From assembly GCF_006345805.1 (NCBI RefSeq), contig NW_021827738.1, forward strand, positions 1 through 10,054: DNA of 10,054 nucleotides. Reading direction: 5' to 3'. The notes beneath the pieces are model-generated. The model ran no database searches. It was not told the DNA's origin and saw only the letters and a program-made list of their open reading frames with translations. The DNA is from Octopus sinensis (Eukaryota). Below are positions 8,808 through 10,054 of this stretch, piece by piece. A program made the position numbers and the translations under genes. Position 1 is the stretch's first letter. Each line of letters starts with the position of its first letter.

Positions 8808-9207
8808 TCTTTTACTCTTTTACTTGGTTAGGTCATTTGATTGTGGCCATGCTAGAGCACCACCTTTAGTCGAGCAAATCGACCCCATGACTTATTCTTT
8901 GTAAGCCTAGTACTTATTCTATCGGTCACTTTTGCAGAACCGCTAAGTTATGGAGACATAAACACACCAGCATCGATGTTGCGGGAGACAAACACAGACA
9001 AACAAACACATACACACACATACAGATATATACACAAATATAGGACGGGCTTCTTTCAATTTCTGCCTACCAAATCCATTCGCAAGGCTTTGGTCGGCCC
9101 GAGGCTATAGTAGAAGACACTTACCCAAGGTGCCACGCAGTGGGACTGAACCCGGAACCATGTGGTTCGTAAGCAAGCTACTTACCACACAACCTCTCCT
9201 ACGCCTA
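8808..9207 (-). mobile_element. Family-1 tRNA-derived SINE, full-length, best-preserved copy
   Basis: Minus strand reads aggcgtaggagaggttgtgtggtaag..., with B-box-like GGTTCAGTCCC (9142-9152) and ccttgggtaagt. Short internal CA/TA tract at ~8990-9040. Tail ends in (GTAAAAGA)2 at 8808-8823. Collinear with 6022-6390 and 2404-2977. Confidence 0.92.
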
Positions 9208-9445
9208 TAGTCGTACAATATTAAATTTTATTTGTGGTGTTTGGGTTAGGGGTTAACAGTTCCCTGGAACGACGTTTAGCGAACGCAATTTGAATTCTAT
9301 TGGTGACCGTTCAGAATAATTCTCAGACCATTATTGTTGTCCAGTCGGTTTTTATGACCCTTGTGGCTCAATCATTGCTTTGTACAGCCATGACTGTCCC
9401 TTCTGCTCTGACCGTTTTGCCCTTCACGCAACAGGGCCTTTTGTC

Positions 9446-9539
9446 ATACACATACACACATACATGCACACACACACATGCATATATATATACATGTGTG
9501 CGTGTGTGTGTGTGTGGTGTGTGTGTGTGTGTGTGTGTG
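9446..9539. repeat. (CA)n/(TA)n then (TG)n tract
   Basis: Direct reading. Confidence 0.9.
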
Positions 9540-9566
9540 ATATTGTAGACGTGTGTGTAGGCTCAT

Positions 9567-9591
9567 TATCATCATCATCATCATCATCATC
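9567..9591. repeat. (ATC)n microsatellite
   Basis: Direct reading. Confidence 0.92.
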
Positions 9592-9597
9592 AGTTTA

Positions 9598-9910
9598 TTT
9601 TCCTCTTCATTTTCCTCTTTCTTAGTCTCCACTTCTTCTACTTCTGCCTCTTCTTCTTCTTCTTCTTCTTCTTCTTCTTCTTCTTCTTCTCCTTCTTCTT
9701 CCTCCTTCTTCTTCTTCTTCTTCTTCTTCTTCTTCTCCTCCTCCTCTTCTTCTTCTTCTTCTTCTTCTTCTTCTTCTTCTTCTTCTTCTTCTTCTTCTTC
9801 TTCTTCTTCTTCCCCTTCTTCTTCCTGTTCTTCCTCTTCTCGTTCTTTTGTTTTTCTACTTCTTCCTCTTCTTTTCTTTCTGTCGGTTGTTCCACTTTCT
9901 CTTCCTCTTC
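9598..9910. repeat. (CTT)n / polypyrimidine tract, purine-free from 9647 to 9826
   Basis: Direct reading. Confidence 0.96.
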
Positions 9911-9922
9911 ATCTTGATGATA

Positions 9923-10054
9923 GTAACAACAAAAGCAACAACAACGACAACAACAACATAAATAATTGTGGCTGCTGCTATTATTTTCTTCATGATGATG
10001 ATGATGATGATGGTGGTGGTAGTGGTGTGCTGCTGATGCTGATGATGATGATGT
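9923..10054. repeat. Chain of short triplet repeats (AAC, GCT, GAT, GGT)
   Basis: Direct reading. Confidence 0.88.

Noticed and set aside
9243-9255. GGGTTAGGGG telomere-like motif
   Set aside because: Single unit only.
9380-9460. CPFCSDRF...H as a C2H2 zinc finger
   Set aside because: His spacing does not fit C-x2-C-x12-H-x3-5-H, and the downstream histidines come from a CA repeat.
2-9895. All ORFs in the supplied track (poly-YLSI, HT, CV, I/N/L, K/R)
   Set aside because: They are translations of microsatellites lacking stop codons, or of SINE fragments. None shows recognisable domains.

Overview
Non-coding, AT-rich eukaryotic (animal) genomic DNA, intronic or intergenic. No credible CDS, rRNA, tRNA gene or CRISPR array. 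All supplied ORFs are explained by microsatellites or repeat fragments. Roughly 30% of the window (hand estimate) is simple repeat (TATC, TA, CA/TG, ATT, CCTA, CTT, ATC/GAT). Much of the rest is tRNA-derived SINE-like retroposons that can be defined by aligning copies within the window. Family 1 has 3 copies: 2404-2977 (-), 6022-6390 (+), 8808-9207 (-). Family 2 has 3 copies: ~3175-3364 (+), a dimeric copy 3981-4382 (+), and 5143-5364 (-). A CpG-rich relic at ~6460-6665 shares the family-1 tail. An unclassified ~530-bp hairpin-rich element (3444-3978) is wedged between two family-2 copies. The repeats match my recollection of octopus (coleoid cephalopod) SINEs; that attribution is an unverified inference. 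I see no strong evidence for a new biological system. The most interesting signals are a TGGGGTCGAT-N4-TCGACT hairpin shared by both SINE families (and cleanly deleted from one copy), the unclassified element, and closely spaced inverted SINE pairs.
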